Source: the human T2T-CHM13v2.0 reference genome, Homo sapiens. From it: a stretch of DNA of 64,000 nt. Under the pieces are notes generated by a model. That model saw only the letters and a list, made by a program, of their open reading frames with translations. It did not search any database and had not been told where the DNA came from. The stretch lies in NCBI RefSeq assembly GCF_009914755.1, contig NC_060935.1; one strand, 5' to 3'. Both the position numbers and the translations under genes were made by a program. Position 1 is the stretch's first letter. Every line of letters starts with the position of its first letter. This document shows positions 1-12,913 of this stretch, in pieces.

Positions 1-1845
1 TGGCCTCTGACAAGCCAGTATCTCGGGGACTATGTAGCAAATAAAGAATACACGTACTCCAGCCTAAATGGCAAGGATGGCACCTTGTACCTTCTTCCTT
101 GGCTTGCTTCAGTGATAATTCCCTGCAATTTCTCATTGTAAGGAGACAGAGGGAATGTCACCATGGCCTAAGGGGAAAGTGGGCACTCCCCACACCTTCT
201 TCCCTGGATTACTCCAGCAATAATTCCAGCCCTGCAATCTCTCCATGGAAAGAGAGACTCTGACAACAAGAATGGGAAGGACTGGACTGCCTGTGCTTTC
301 TTCCTCAGCTTGCTCCAGAAATATATCCCTTCAGTCTCTCATTGGAAGAAGGCTAGGGAACCTCCCCATGCCTAAAAAGGAAAGTGTGAACCCCTCGTGT
401 CTTCTTCCTCGGCTTACTTCAGCAATAACTGCAATCCAGAAGTCTCTCTCTGAAAGGAGGGTGGGAGACTTCTGCTTGCTTAAACAGGAGAGTGAGCACT
501 CCCTATGCCTTCTTCTCCAACTTGCTTCAGTGATAACTTCCAGCCCTACAGCCTCTTCCTAGAAAGAGGCTGGAGGTCTCTGCCAGCAGGAACAAGAGAG
601 ATGGCACCTTCCTGGCTTGCTCCAGCAAAATATCTAAATGTTCAGACTATCTCTGGTAGTATTTTCTGTGTGCATTGAGTGCCCCAAATTTTATAGCTCC
701 TAACCAAGGGACTGGATCCTAAATCAGCTAGCTCTGGGAGTTGATGAGGCTCACACTCAGTCTCCTAGACTACAGAGAACAAAAAGGTAATTTCTAAACT
801 GCAAACATTCAGCATCTGTCTCCCCATGTTCAAGGTGAGCATTTTGAAGAAGAGTATTGGCATCTGCCATGGATCCTCTTTTTGGTGTACAGCAGAACAA
901 GTGGAAGATAAACTCTGGCACTCAGCTTCTCCACAGGAAAGAAGGAACCGGAACACACATCTAACACTCTAACTTCTCCAGCTGCATCCTGAGGGACTGG
1001 ATTTTAACCCACCTCTCTCAAGGCAATAGACTCATTGGCACTTTGTAGTCTCTTGGGGCCACTAAGAACAAAGAGTGTATTAGACAATCCCAAACAGTTT
1101 AGAGGCACTTAGATCCTCTGGCAGAGCTTACTGGGGAGGAACAGTTTAACAAGACTGAGGGGAATATCTACATGAGACCAGTTTAACAAGTCTAAGGAAG
1201 GTTATTGTCTTATCTAAAGTGCAGACACCGATATAAAAAGTCAAGGAAAATGAAGAAACATGAAATACAGGTTCCAAATAAAAGAACAAGATGAATCTCC
1301 AAAAACCACTCTAATGAAATGGAGATATATTCTTTACCTGGCAGGGAATTCCAAAGAGCAAACATAAAGATGTTTACTAAGGTAGAGCAATGCATGAACA
1401 AAGAGAAAATTTCGACAAAAAGAAAACCTAAAAAGGTACCAAACAGAAATCATCAAGCTAAAGAATACAATAACCAAATTCAAAACTTCAACACAAGGAT
1501 TCAACAGCAGACTAGATCAAGCAGAAGAAAAGATTAACAAACTTGAAGACTGCTACTTATAAATCATCCAATCTGAGGGGCAGAAAGGAAAAAATGAAAA
1601 AGTCACTTGTTATGTACAAGGGAACATATGTGAGACTATCAGTGGATTTTTTCAGCAGAAACTGCAGGCCAGAAGGAAGTAGGATGATGTATTTAAAAAG
1701 CTTAAAGAAAAAAATACCCTTGTCAATCAAAAATACTACACTCAGCAATTTTGTCATTAGAAAATGAAGAGGAGGTAAAAACTTCCTGAGGCAAACAAAA
1801 GCTGAGGGAATTTATCACCATGAGAACTACCTTATAAGAAATGTT
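1..1845 (+). mobile_element. Old L1 (L1MA-like) 5' UTR and ORF1 relic; left part of an interrupted element
   Basis: ORF1-like coiled-coil relic (ggattcaacagcagactagatcaagcagaagaaaag). The ORF1 end reads straight through to 8334 once the inserted L1PA is removed. Confidence 0.75.
90..660 (+). repeat. Degenerate tandem array, six ~103-bp units
   Basis: The core CCTTCTTCC..GGCTTGCTYCAGYRATAA recurs at about 101, 206, 307, 411, 519 and 614. Confidence 0.7.
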
Positions 1846-4800
1846 GGGTGGAGCTGAGATGGCTGAATCAAGGCAGCTCCTCTCTGCTTCTCCCACCGAG
1901 AAGGACAAAAACTGGGAGTGAATGCTGCATCTTCAACTGAGGTACCAATGTCCTCTTATTGGGACTGACTAGATGGTTGGCGTGACCCACGGAGAGCCAG
2001 CAAAAACAGGGTGGAGCAAGACCCTACCCAGGAGCTGCAGGTGGCAAAGGGAACTCCCTCCCTCAGCCAAGGGAGATAGTGAGGGACTGTGTTTCCCCTC
2101 CCTGAAAACCAGGCTTTTCCCATGGATCCTTGCAACCTGCAGATTAGGAGGTCCCCTCCTGAGCCCCCGCTACCAGAGCCTTGGGTCCCAAGCATAAAGC
2201 TGTGAAGAATCATGGTGGCTACTTGGGTGGGTGGCCGCTTTGAGCAGACACTGAGACCCTAGAGTGTTTGCATACTCTGGCTCTGGGAACTCTCGTGAGG
2301 CAGGACATCCGTCCACTCTCGTGGGGAGGGGGTTGAAGCCAGGGAGCCAAGTGGCCTCACTCCCACGGAAGTCCACAAGCTGGGCATCGCTGCCGGCCAG
2401 TGCACCCAGCTAGAAACTGCCTAAGGAGACTGAGTTACCGAGGGGAGGGGTGGCCGCCATCACTGCAGCTCCAGTCAGCCACTTTTGCCAGCGAGGTAGG
2501 GAGGGACCCAGATTTACTCCTTCTCACTGGGTGGGGACTCCCTTTGGGAATCTCAGCATCCCCAGCCAGGGGTTTCTGGATGGAACACTGATCCCCCTGA
2601 GAAGAGCCCCTAAGAGGAGGAGGAGCAGCTGCGGTATTCTGGATCAGCCATCTTAGTCTTTTCTGCCTGCTGGCTCTGAAGAGCTAGAGGAGCCCAGGTG
2701 AGGGAGACTTCCCCGCAGCGCAGCATGCCCGCCCTGCCAAGGGGCAGATAGACTGCTTATTTAAGTGGGTCTCTGAACCTCCTTCTCCAGACTGGGTGAG
2801 TCCTCCCAACAGGAGTCTCCGGACATCTTATACAAGAGCGTTCCTGCCTGCATCAGGCCAGTGCCCCCCTGGGACAGAGCTCTCAGAGGAAGGAACAGGC
2901 TTCCATATTTGCTGGTCTGCAGCCTCTACTGGTGATATCTCCAGGGATAGGAGGGACCCAGGTGAATAGGGGCTGGAGTGGACCCCAAGCAAACCACAGC
3001 AGCCCTACAAGAAGAGAGGCCTGACTGCTAAAAGAAAAACAAACTGAATGCAACAACATAATGAAAAATAAACCCCATCACAAAAAACCCCATCCAAAAG
3101 TCAGCAGCCTCAAAGATTAATGGTAGATAACCCATGAAGATGAGAAAGAATCATTGCAAAAATGCTGAAAACTCAAAAAGCCAGAGTGTCTCTTCTCCTG
3201 CAAAAGATCACAACATGTCTCCAGGAAGGGCACAGAACTGGGCTGAGGCTGAGATGGATGAATTGACAGAAGTAGGCTTCAGAAGATGGGTAATAACAAA
3301 CTTCACCAAGCTAAAGGATTATGTTCTAACCCACTGCAAAGAAGCTAAGAACCATGATAAAACATTACAGGAGTTGTTAACCAGAATAACCAGTTTAGAG
3401 AGGAACATAAATGACCTGATGGAGCTGAAAAACACAACACAAGAACTTCATAATGCAAACACAAGTATCAATAGCCAAATAGACCAAGTGGAAAAAAGGA
3501 TATCAGAGCTTGAAGACTGTCTTGCTGAAATAAGGCAGGCAGATAAGATTAGAGAAAAAAAGAATGAAAAGGAATGAACAAAACCTCCAAGAACTATGGG
3601 ATTACGTTAAAAGACCAAACCTATGACTGATAGGGATACCCGAAAGAGATGGGGAGAATGGAACCAAGTTGGAAAACATATTTCAGGATATCATCCAGGA
3701 GAACCTCCTTAACCTAGCAAGATAGCCCAATAGTCAAATTCAGGAAATCCAGAGAACCCCAGTAAAATACGCCATGGGAAGATCAACCCCAAGACACATA
3801 ATCATCAGCTTTCCAAGGCCAAAATGAAAGAAAAAAATGTTAAGGGCAGCCAAAGAGAAGGGTCAGGTCACCTATAAAGGGAGCCCATCAGACTAACAGC
3901 AGACCTTCAAGCAAGAACTCTACAAGCCAGAAGAGATTGGGGGCCAATTTTCAACATTCTTAAAGAAAATAATTTCCAACCTAGAATTTCATATCTGGCC
4001 AAATTAAGCTTCATAAGTGAAGGAAACATAAAATATTTTAAGACAAGCAAATGCTGAGGGAATTTGGCACCACCAGGCCTGCCTTGCAAGAGCTCCTGAA
4101 GGAAGCACTAAACATGCAAAGGAAAAACCCTTACCAGCCACTGCAAAAAATACACTGAAGTACACAGACCACTGACACTATGAAGCAAATACATAAACAA
4201 GTCTGCAAAATAACTGACTAGCATCATGATGTCAGGATCAAATTCACACATAACAATATTGACCTTAAATGTAAATGGGCTAAATGCCCCAATTAAAAGA
4301 CATGCAGTGACAAGCTGGATAGAGTAAAAATCCATCAGTGTGCTGTATTCAAGAGACCCATCTCACATGCAAAGACACACGTAGACTCAAAATAAAAGTA
4401 TGGAAGAAAATTTACCAAGCAAATTTTGCTTGGTAGCAAAATTTACAGAAAAAGCAGGAGATGCAATCCTAGTTTCTGACAAAATAGACTTTAAACCAAC
4501 AAAAATCAAACAAGACAAGGGAATTACCTATCACTAAAGGGGTCAATTCAACAAAAATAGCTAACTATCCTAAATATATATGCACCCAATACATCCACAC
4601 CCAGATTCATAAAACAACTTGTTAGAGACCTACAAAGAGACTTAGAATCTCACACAACAATAGTGGGAGACTTTAACACCCCACTATCAATATTAGATCA
4701 TTAAGACAAAAAATTAACAAAGATATTCAGGACTTGAACTCAGCTCTGGATCAAGTAGACCTGATAGATATCTACAGATATTTCCACCCCAAAGCCACAG

Positions 4801-7800
4801 AATATACATTCTTCTCAGTGCCACATGTCACTTACTCTAAGGTTGATCACATAATTGAAAGTAAATCACACTTTGGCATATGAAAAAGAACTAAAATCAT
4901 ACCAAACAGTCTCTCAGACCACAGCGCAATCAAATTAGAACTCAGGAGTAAGAAACTAACTGAAAACTACACAACTACATGGAAATTGAACAATCTGCTT
5001 TTGAATGATTACTGGGTAAATAGTGAAATTAAGGCAGATATCAAAACGTTCTTTGAAACCAGTGAAAACAAAGAGATAACATACCAGAATCTCTGGGATG
5101 CAGTTAAGCAGTGTTGAGAGGGAAATTTATAGCACTAAATGCCTACATCAAAAAGGTAGAAAGATCTCAAATTGACACCCTAGTGTTACAACTGAAAGAA
5201 CTAGAGAACCAAGAGCAAAGAAACCCCAAAGCTAGAAGAAGACAAGAAATAACCAAGATCAGAGTGGAACTGAAGGAGATAGAGACATGAAAAATCCTTC
5301 AAAAAATCAATCCAGGAGCTGTTTTTTGAAAATATTAATAAAATAACTATTTTATTAATAAATAGACCACTAGCTAGACTAATGAAGAAAAGAGAGAAGA
5401 ATCAAATACACACCATAAAAAAATGGTAAAGGAGATATCACCACTTACCCCCAAAATATGCAAACAACCATTACAGAATTCTATTAACAGCTCTATGCAA
5501 ATAAAGGAGAAAATCTAGAAGAAATGGATAAATTCCTGGACACATATACCCTCCCAAGAGTGAACCAGGAAGAAGTGGAATCCCTGAATAGACCAATAAC
5601 AAGTTCCAAAATTGAAGCAGTAATAAATGGCCTACCAACCAAAAAAAGTCAATGACCAGATAGATTTACAGCTGAATTCTATCAGAAATACAAAGGGGGC
5701 TGATTCCATTTCTTATGAAACTATTCCAAATAATTGAAAAGGAGAGACTCCTCCCTAACCCATTCTATGAGGCCAGCATTATCCTTCTACCAAAACCTGG
5801 CAGAGATACAAAAGAAAAGAAAAGAAAAGAAAACTTCATGCCAATATCCCTGATGAACATCAATGCAAAAATTCTCAATAAAATACTGGCAAACCAAATC
5901 CAGCAGCACATCAAAAAGCTTATCCACCATGATCAAGTTGCCTTCATTCCTGGGATGCAAGGCTGGTTCAACATATGCAAATCAATAAGCGTAATACATC
6001 ACGTAAATAGATCTGAAGACAAAAACCCCATGACTATCTCAATAGACAAAGAAAAGGCCTCGATAAAATTCAACATCTCTTCATGTTAAAAACTCTCAAT
6101 AAACTAGATATTGAAGGAACATACCTCAAAATAATAAGAGCCATTTATGACAAACCCACAACCAATATTATACTGAAGGAACAAAAGCTAGAAAATTCCC
6201 CTTGAAAACCAGCACAAGACAAGGATGCCTTCTCTCACCACTGTGATTCAACATAGTATTGGAAGTTCTGGCCACAGCAATAAGGCAAGAGAAAGAAATA
6301 AAGGGTATTCAAATAGAAAAGAATGAAGTCAAATTGTCTTTGTTTGCAGATGACATGATCCTATATCTAGAAAACCTCATTGTCTTAGCCCCAAAACTCC
6401 TTAAGCCAGTAAGCAACTTCAGAAAAGTCTCAGAATACAAAATCAATGTGCAGAAGTCACAAGCATTTGTATACAGCAACAACATGCAAGCAGAAAGCCA
6501 AATCATGAATGAATTCCCATTCACAATTGCTACAAAGAGAATAAAATACCTCGGAATACAGCTAACAAGAGAAGTGAAGGACCTCCTTAAAGAGAACTAC
6601 AAGCCACTGCTCAAGGAAACCAAAGAGGACATAAACAAATGGAAAAGTACTCCATGCTCATGGATAGGAAGAATTAATATTGTGAAAATAGCCATACTGC
6701 TCAAAGTAATTTATAGATTCAATGCTATTCCCATCAAACTACCATTGACATTTCTTCACACAATTAGAAAAAACTATATTAAAATTCATATGGAGCCAAA
6801 AAAGAGCTTGTAAAGCTGACAATCCTAAGAAAAAAGACCAAAGCTGGAGGCATCATGCTACTGACTTCAAACTATACTATAAGGCTACAATAACAAAAAC
6901 AGCATGGTATCGGTACAAAAACAGACACATAGGCCAATAGAACAGAATAGAGAACTCAGAAATCAGATCGCACATCTACAACCATCTGATCTTCAACAAA
7001 CCTGACAAAAACAAGCAATGAGGAAACGATTCCCTATCTAATAAATAGTGCTGGGAGAACTTGCTATCCATTTGCAGAAAATTGAAACTGAGGCCCTTCC
7101 TCCCACCTTACACAAAAATTAAAGATGGATTAAGACTTAAATGTAAAGTATAAAAACCCTAGAAGAAAATCTGGGCAATACCATTCAGGACTTTGGCATG
7201 GATAAGGATGATAAAATCACTAAAAGCAATTGCAACAAAAGCAAAAATTGACAAGTGGGATCTAATTAAAGAGCTTTTGCACAGCGAAGAAACTATTATC
7301 AGAGTGATATGCAAACCTACAGAGTGAGAGATAAATTTTGCAGTCTATCCATCCAACAAAGGTCTAATTTCCAGGATCTACAAGGAGCTCAAATTTACAA
7401 GAAAAAAACCCCAACAACCCCATTAAAAAGTAGGCAAAGGACATGAACAGACACTTCTCAAAAGAATACATTCATGCAGCCAACAAACATGAAAAAAGCT
7501 CAACATTACTGATCATTAGAGAAATGTAAATCAAAACCACAATGAGATACCACCTCACACCAGTCAGAACAGCCATTATTAAAGTCAAGAAACAACAGAT
7601 ACTGGTGAGGTTCTGGATAAATAGGAACACTTTTACACTATTGGTGGGAAGGTAAATTAGTTCAACCATTGTGGAAGATGGTGTGGCAATTACTCAAAGA
7701 TCTAGAACCAGAAATACCATTTGACCCAGCAATGCCAATACTGAGTATATACCCAAAGGAATATAAATCATTGTATTACAAAGATACATGCATGTGTATG

Positions 7801-8323
7801 TTCATTGCAGCACTATGCACAATAGCATAGACATGGAATCAACCCAAATGCCCATCATTGATAGACTGGATAGAGAAAATGTGGTACATACACACCATGG
7901 AATACTATGCAGCTAGAAAAAGGAATGAGATCATATCCTTTGCAGGGACATGGATGAAGCTGGAAGCCATTATCTTCAGCCAACTAATGCAGGAACAGAA
8001 AATCAAACACTGCATGTTCTCACTTATGAGTGGGAGCTGAACAACAAGATCACATGGACACAGGGAGGGGAACAACACACACTGGGGACTGTTGGGGGAT
8101 GGAGTTGTGGAAGGGAGAGCATTAGTAAAACTAGCTAATGCATGCTGGGCTTAATACGTAGGTGATGGGTTGATAGGTATAGCAAACCATCATGGCATAT
8201 GTTTACCTATGTAACAAACCTACACAGCCTACACATGTACCCCAGAAGTAAAAATTAAAAGAAAAAAAGAAAAAGTATTACATATAATATATTAAAAAAC
8301 AAAATAAACCAAATAAACAAAAA
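1846..8323 (+). mobile_element. Full-length inactive L1PA (about L1PA11-13-like)
   Basis: 5' end gggtggagctgagatggc, ~1.3-kb 5' UTR, ORF1 relic from 3134, and ORF2 EN/RT relics (FADD in 6259-6813) broken by stops and frameshifts. It has a 3' UTR, an A tail, and TSD AAGAAATGTT at 1836-1845 and 8324-8333. Confidence 0.95.
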
Positions 8324-9730
8324 AAGAAATGTTAAAGAAATTTCTTCAAGCTGAAGGAAAATGATGCTAAGTAGCCACATGAAAACACATAAAACATGAA
8401 GCTCACTGGTAAAAGTAAAGAATCAAATTCAAAACATTCAAATATGGTAATGATGATGTGAAATCAATAATACTTCTACATGTCAATTGTATCTAAGGTT
8501 GGAAGACAAAACAGTTAAAAACAATAGCTGCAATAATTTAGTTGTAAAACTTGATATCAAAAACATAAATTGTGTGGTAGGAATAAAAGTGTACAGATTG
8601 TGCAAGTGATCAAAGTTAAGTAGTTATCAGGTTAAAATAACCTCTTATTAGTTAAGATGTTTTACGTAAGTCTCATGGTAACCAGTAAAGCAAAAATCTT
8701 TACTAGATACAGAAAAAGATAAAAAGAAAGAAGTCAAAGCATACAACTACAGAAAATCATCAAACTACAAAGGAAGACAGCAAGAAAGAAAAAGAGATAC
8801 AAATAATTTATAAATTAACTAAAAAATTAACAAAATGAAGGAATAAGTCCTTATTTATCTATATCTATATCTATATATATCTATATATTCAACATCAGCT
8901 CACCTAAATATATAAAGCAATGTAAAGGATCTTATTGGAAACATAGACTGTAATACAATAATAGAGAACTTCAATACCCCACTTTCAACACTGGACCGAT
9001 GAAACAGAAAATCACTGGAAACAGCAGACTTGAACTACACTTTAGGTCAAATGGACCTAACATTAATTTACAGAACATTTCATCCAACAGCAGCAGAATA
9101 TACATTCCCCTCTCAAGCATGCCAGGAATGTTCTCCCAGGATAAATGATGTATGTTAAGCCACAAAGAAAATCAGCAAATTTAAGAAGATTGAAATCATA
9201 TTAAATATCTTTTCCAGTTACAATGGCATGAAACTAGAAATCTGTAACAGGAAGTACCTTGGAAAATTCACAAATATGTGGAAATTAACAGGCTTCTGAA
9301 TGGTCAATGAATCAAAAGGAAAATTTAAAATATCTTGAGGCAAATGAAAATGAAAACACAATATTCCAAAACTTATGGGATGCAGCAAAAGTAGTCTTGA
9401 GAGAAAATTTTACAGAAATAAATACCTATCAAAAAAGAAGAATGATCTCAAATAAACAAGCTAATGTTATACCTGAAATAACTAAAAAAAGAAGAAAGTA
9501 AGCTCCAACTTAGCAAAAGGAATGATATAACAAAGATCAGTGCAGAAATAAAATAGACTACAAAACAATAGAAAAGATAAAAAACTAAAGTTTTTTGAAA
9601 AGATAAGCAAAATTGTCAGATTGTTACCAAGACTGAAAGAAAAAAGGAAAGAGTAATCAAAATAAATCACAAATAAAAGAGTAGACATTACAACAGATAC
9701 CACAAAAATATAAAAGAACAAAGACGACTA

Positions 9731-10007
<277 letters not shown>

Positions 10008-11755
10008 TCATGAAGACAGAAAAATCTGAACAAACCAATAATGAGTAAGAAAACTGAATCAGTAATCACCTAAACCTCTCAACAAAGCCCAAAGACTTCA
10101 CTACTAAATTCTACTCACTACTTAAAGAATCAACACTAATCTTTCTCAAACTTTTCCAAAAAATTAAAGATGAGAGAATACTTCCAAACTCATTTTACAA
10201 GGCCTGCATTACTCAGATACAATAGCCAGACAAGGACAGTACAGGAAAACAAAAGTACAAGCCAATATCTCTGATGGACATAGATTGAAAAATTCTCAGC
10301 AAAATACTAGCAAACCAAATTCAGCAACATATTAAAGAGATCATTCACCACGATCAAGTGGGATTTCTCCATAGGATGCAAGGATGCTTCAACATATGCA
10401 AATTTATAAATGTGATACCATATTAACAAAATGAAGGCCAAAACCTCACAATTACCTGAATAGATGCAGAAAGGATTTTTTACGAAATTCAACATCTGTT
10501 CATGATTAAAGTTCCCAGTCAGATAGGTATAGAAGGAATGCACCTCAACACAATAAAGTACATATATGACAAGCCCACAGCTAACATCAAACTCAATGGT
10601 AAAAAATTGAAAGCTTGTCCTCTAAGAACAGGGACAAGACAATGATTTCTTTCTTGCCACTTCTATTCCATATAGTACTGCAAGTCCCAGCCAGAGCAGT
10701 TAGGCAAGAAAAAGAAATAAAAGGCATCTAAATAGGAAAGGAAAGAGTGAAATTGTCTGTTTGCTGGTGAAATGTAGAAAATACTAAGGATTCTCCCAAA
10801 ACTGGCTAGAACTGATTCAAAAATCAATAAAGTTTCAGGTTACAAAATCAACATACTAAAATGAGTAGCAATGCTATGCGCTAATAATGAACTATCTGAA
10901 AAATAAGAAAACAATTTCAATTTACAACAGCATCAAAATTAAAATAATTAGAAATAAATTTAACCAAGGAGGTAAAAAATTTGTACACTGAAAATTATAA
11001 AACACTGATGAAAGAAACTGAAAACACACATAAATGGAATGATATCTCATGTTCATGGATTAGAAGAATTAATATTGTTAAAATGTCCATGTTATCCAAA
11101 GAGATCTACAAATTCAATACAATCTCTATCAAAATTCCAATGTTATTTGTTACATAAATAGAAAAAAAAACCTTAAAATTCTTATGAAACCACAAAAGCC
11201 CCAAATAGCCCAAGAAATCTTGAGAAAAAGAACAAAGCTGAAGGTATCAGACCCTCTGATTTCAAAATATATTATAATGCTATTGTAAAAAAAACAGCAT
11301 GGTACTGGCATAAAAATAGACACATCAACCAATGAAACAGGATAGAAATTCCAGAAATAAACCCAAGTATTCATGGTCAATTGATTTTCAATAAAGGTGT
11401 GAATAATACACAATGGGGAAAAATAGTCTTTTCAATAAATTGTTTGGGAATACTGGATATCCACAGGCAGAAGATAAAATTAGACACTTATCTCTCACCA
11501 CATACAAAAATTAACTCAAAATAGATTGAAGACTTAAATATAAGACCTGACTCTGTAAAACTACTGGAAGAAAACGGGAGAAAGCTTCATGACATTAGTC
11601 TGGACAACAATTTATTGGATAGGACCCAAAAAACACAGACAACAAAAGCAAAAATATACAAATGAGATTGCATCATACCAAAAAGCTGCTGCATAACAAA
11701 GGAAACAACAGAGTGAAAAGACAACCCATGAAATGGAAGCAAATATATGCAAACC

Positions 11756-12006
11756 TCTCTCTATTGCAGAGTAGGATAACTAGAGTAAACAATAATGTAT
11801 TGTATATTTTAAAATAACTAGAAGATAGATTTTTGAATGTTTTTAAGGTGTGTTTTAAGGTGTGTTAAACACAAATGTGTTTAAGGTGATGGATATGCCA
11901 ATTATCCTGATTTGATCATTACACAATTTGTACAAGTATTGAAACATCATGTTGTATCCCATAAATGTGTACAATTATTATGTGTTAGTCATATGTTGAA
12001 AAAAGA
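11756..12006 (+). mobile_element. Short L1MA 3'-end fragment inserted into the L1MA ORF2
   Basis: L1MA 3' UTR sequence flanked by a 13/15 TSD: aaatatatgcaaacc (11741-11755) and aaatatttacaaacc (12007-12021). Confidence 0.75.
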
Positions 12007-12913
12007 AAATATTTACAAACCATGCATATGATAAGGGCTTCTTAGCCAAAATGTATAAGGAACTCAAACATCTCATTGGCAAGAAAACATATAACTATAA
12101 AAATGGGGAAAGGGCCTGAACAGGCATTTCTCAAAGGAGGACATACAAATGGCCAAAAGATATATTTAAAAATGCTCAACATCTCTGATCATCAGGGAAA
12201 TGCAAATTAAAACCACAATAAGATGTCACCTCACATCTGTTAGAATGACTATTATAAAAAGATGAAACATAAAAAGTGTTGACAAATATGTGGAGAAAAA
12301 GAACCCTCGCATACTGTTGGTGGGAATGTAAATTAGTATAACCATTTTGGAAAATAAAATGGAGGTTTCTCAAAATACTAAAAATAGAATTGCCATATGA
12401 TCCAGCAATCCCACTTCTGAGTTTATATCCAAAGTAATTGAAATCAATATGTTGAAGAGATGTCAGCAACCCCATGTTTATTTCAGCATTATTCACAATA
12501 GCTAATATATGAAAGCAAACTAAGCATTTGTTAATGAAGGAATAGATAAAGAAAATGTAGTGTTACATATACAGTGGAATACTATACAGCCTTAAAAAAG
12601 AAGTTTTGTCATTTGGACAACATAGATGAAACTGGAGGATATTATCCTAAGTGAAATAAGGCAGGCACAAAAAACCAAATACTGTATGATCCCACTTACG
12701 TGTGGAATGTAAAAACGTCAATCTCAGAGTAGAAAGGTGGTAACCAGAGGCTACAGAGGGGCAGAGAAATGGAAAAGGGAAGATGATTATCAAAGGGTAC
12801 AAAGTTGCAGTTAAACTGGAGGAATAAGTTTTTGTGATCTATTGCATTACATTGTAACCACAGTTGATAACAATGTATTGTGTATTTCAACATTGCTATA
12901 AGAATAGATTTTT

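Noticed and set aside
90-660. Regularly spaced repeats as a CRISPR-like array
   Set aside because: This is human DNA, the repeats are degenerate, the intervening parts are also similar to each other, and there are no cas genes.
3134-8040. L1 ORF1/ORF2 fragments as genes or an active L1
   Set aside because: Multiple stops and frameshifts show a dead element.
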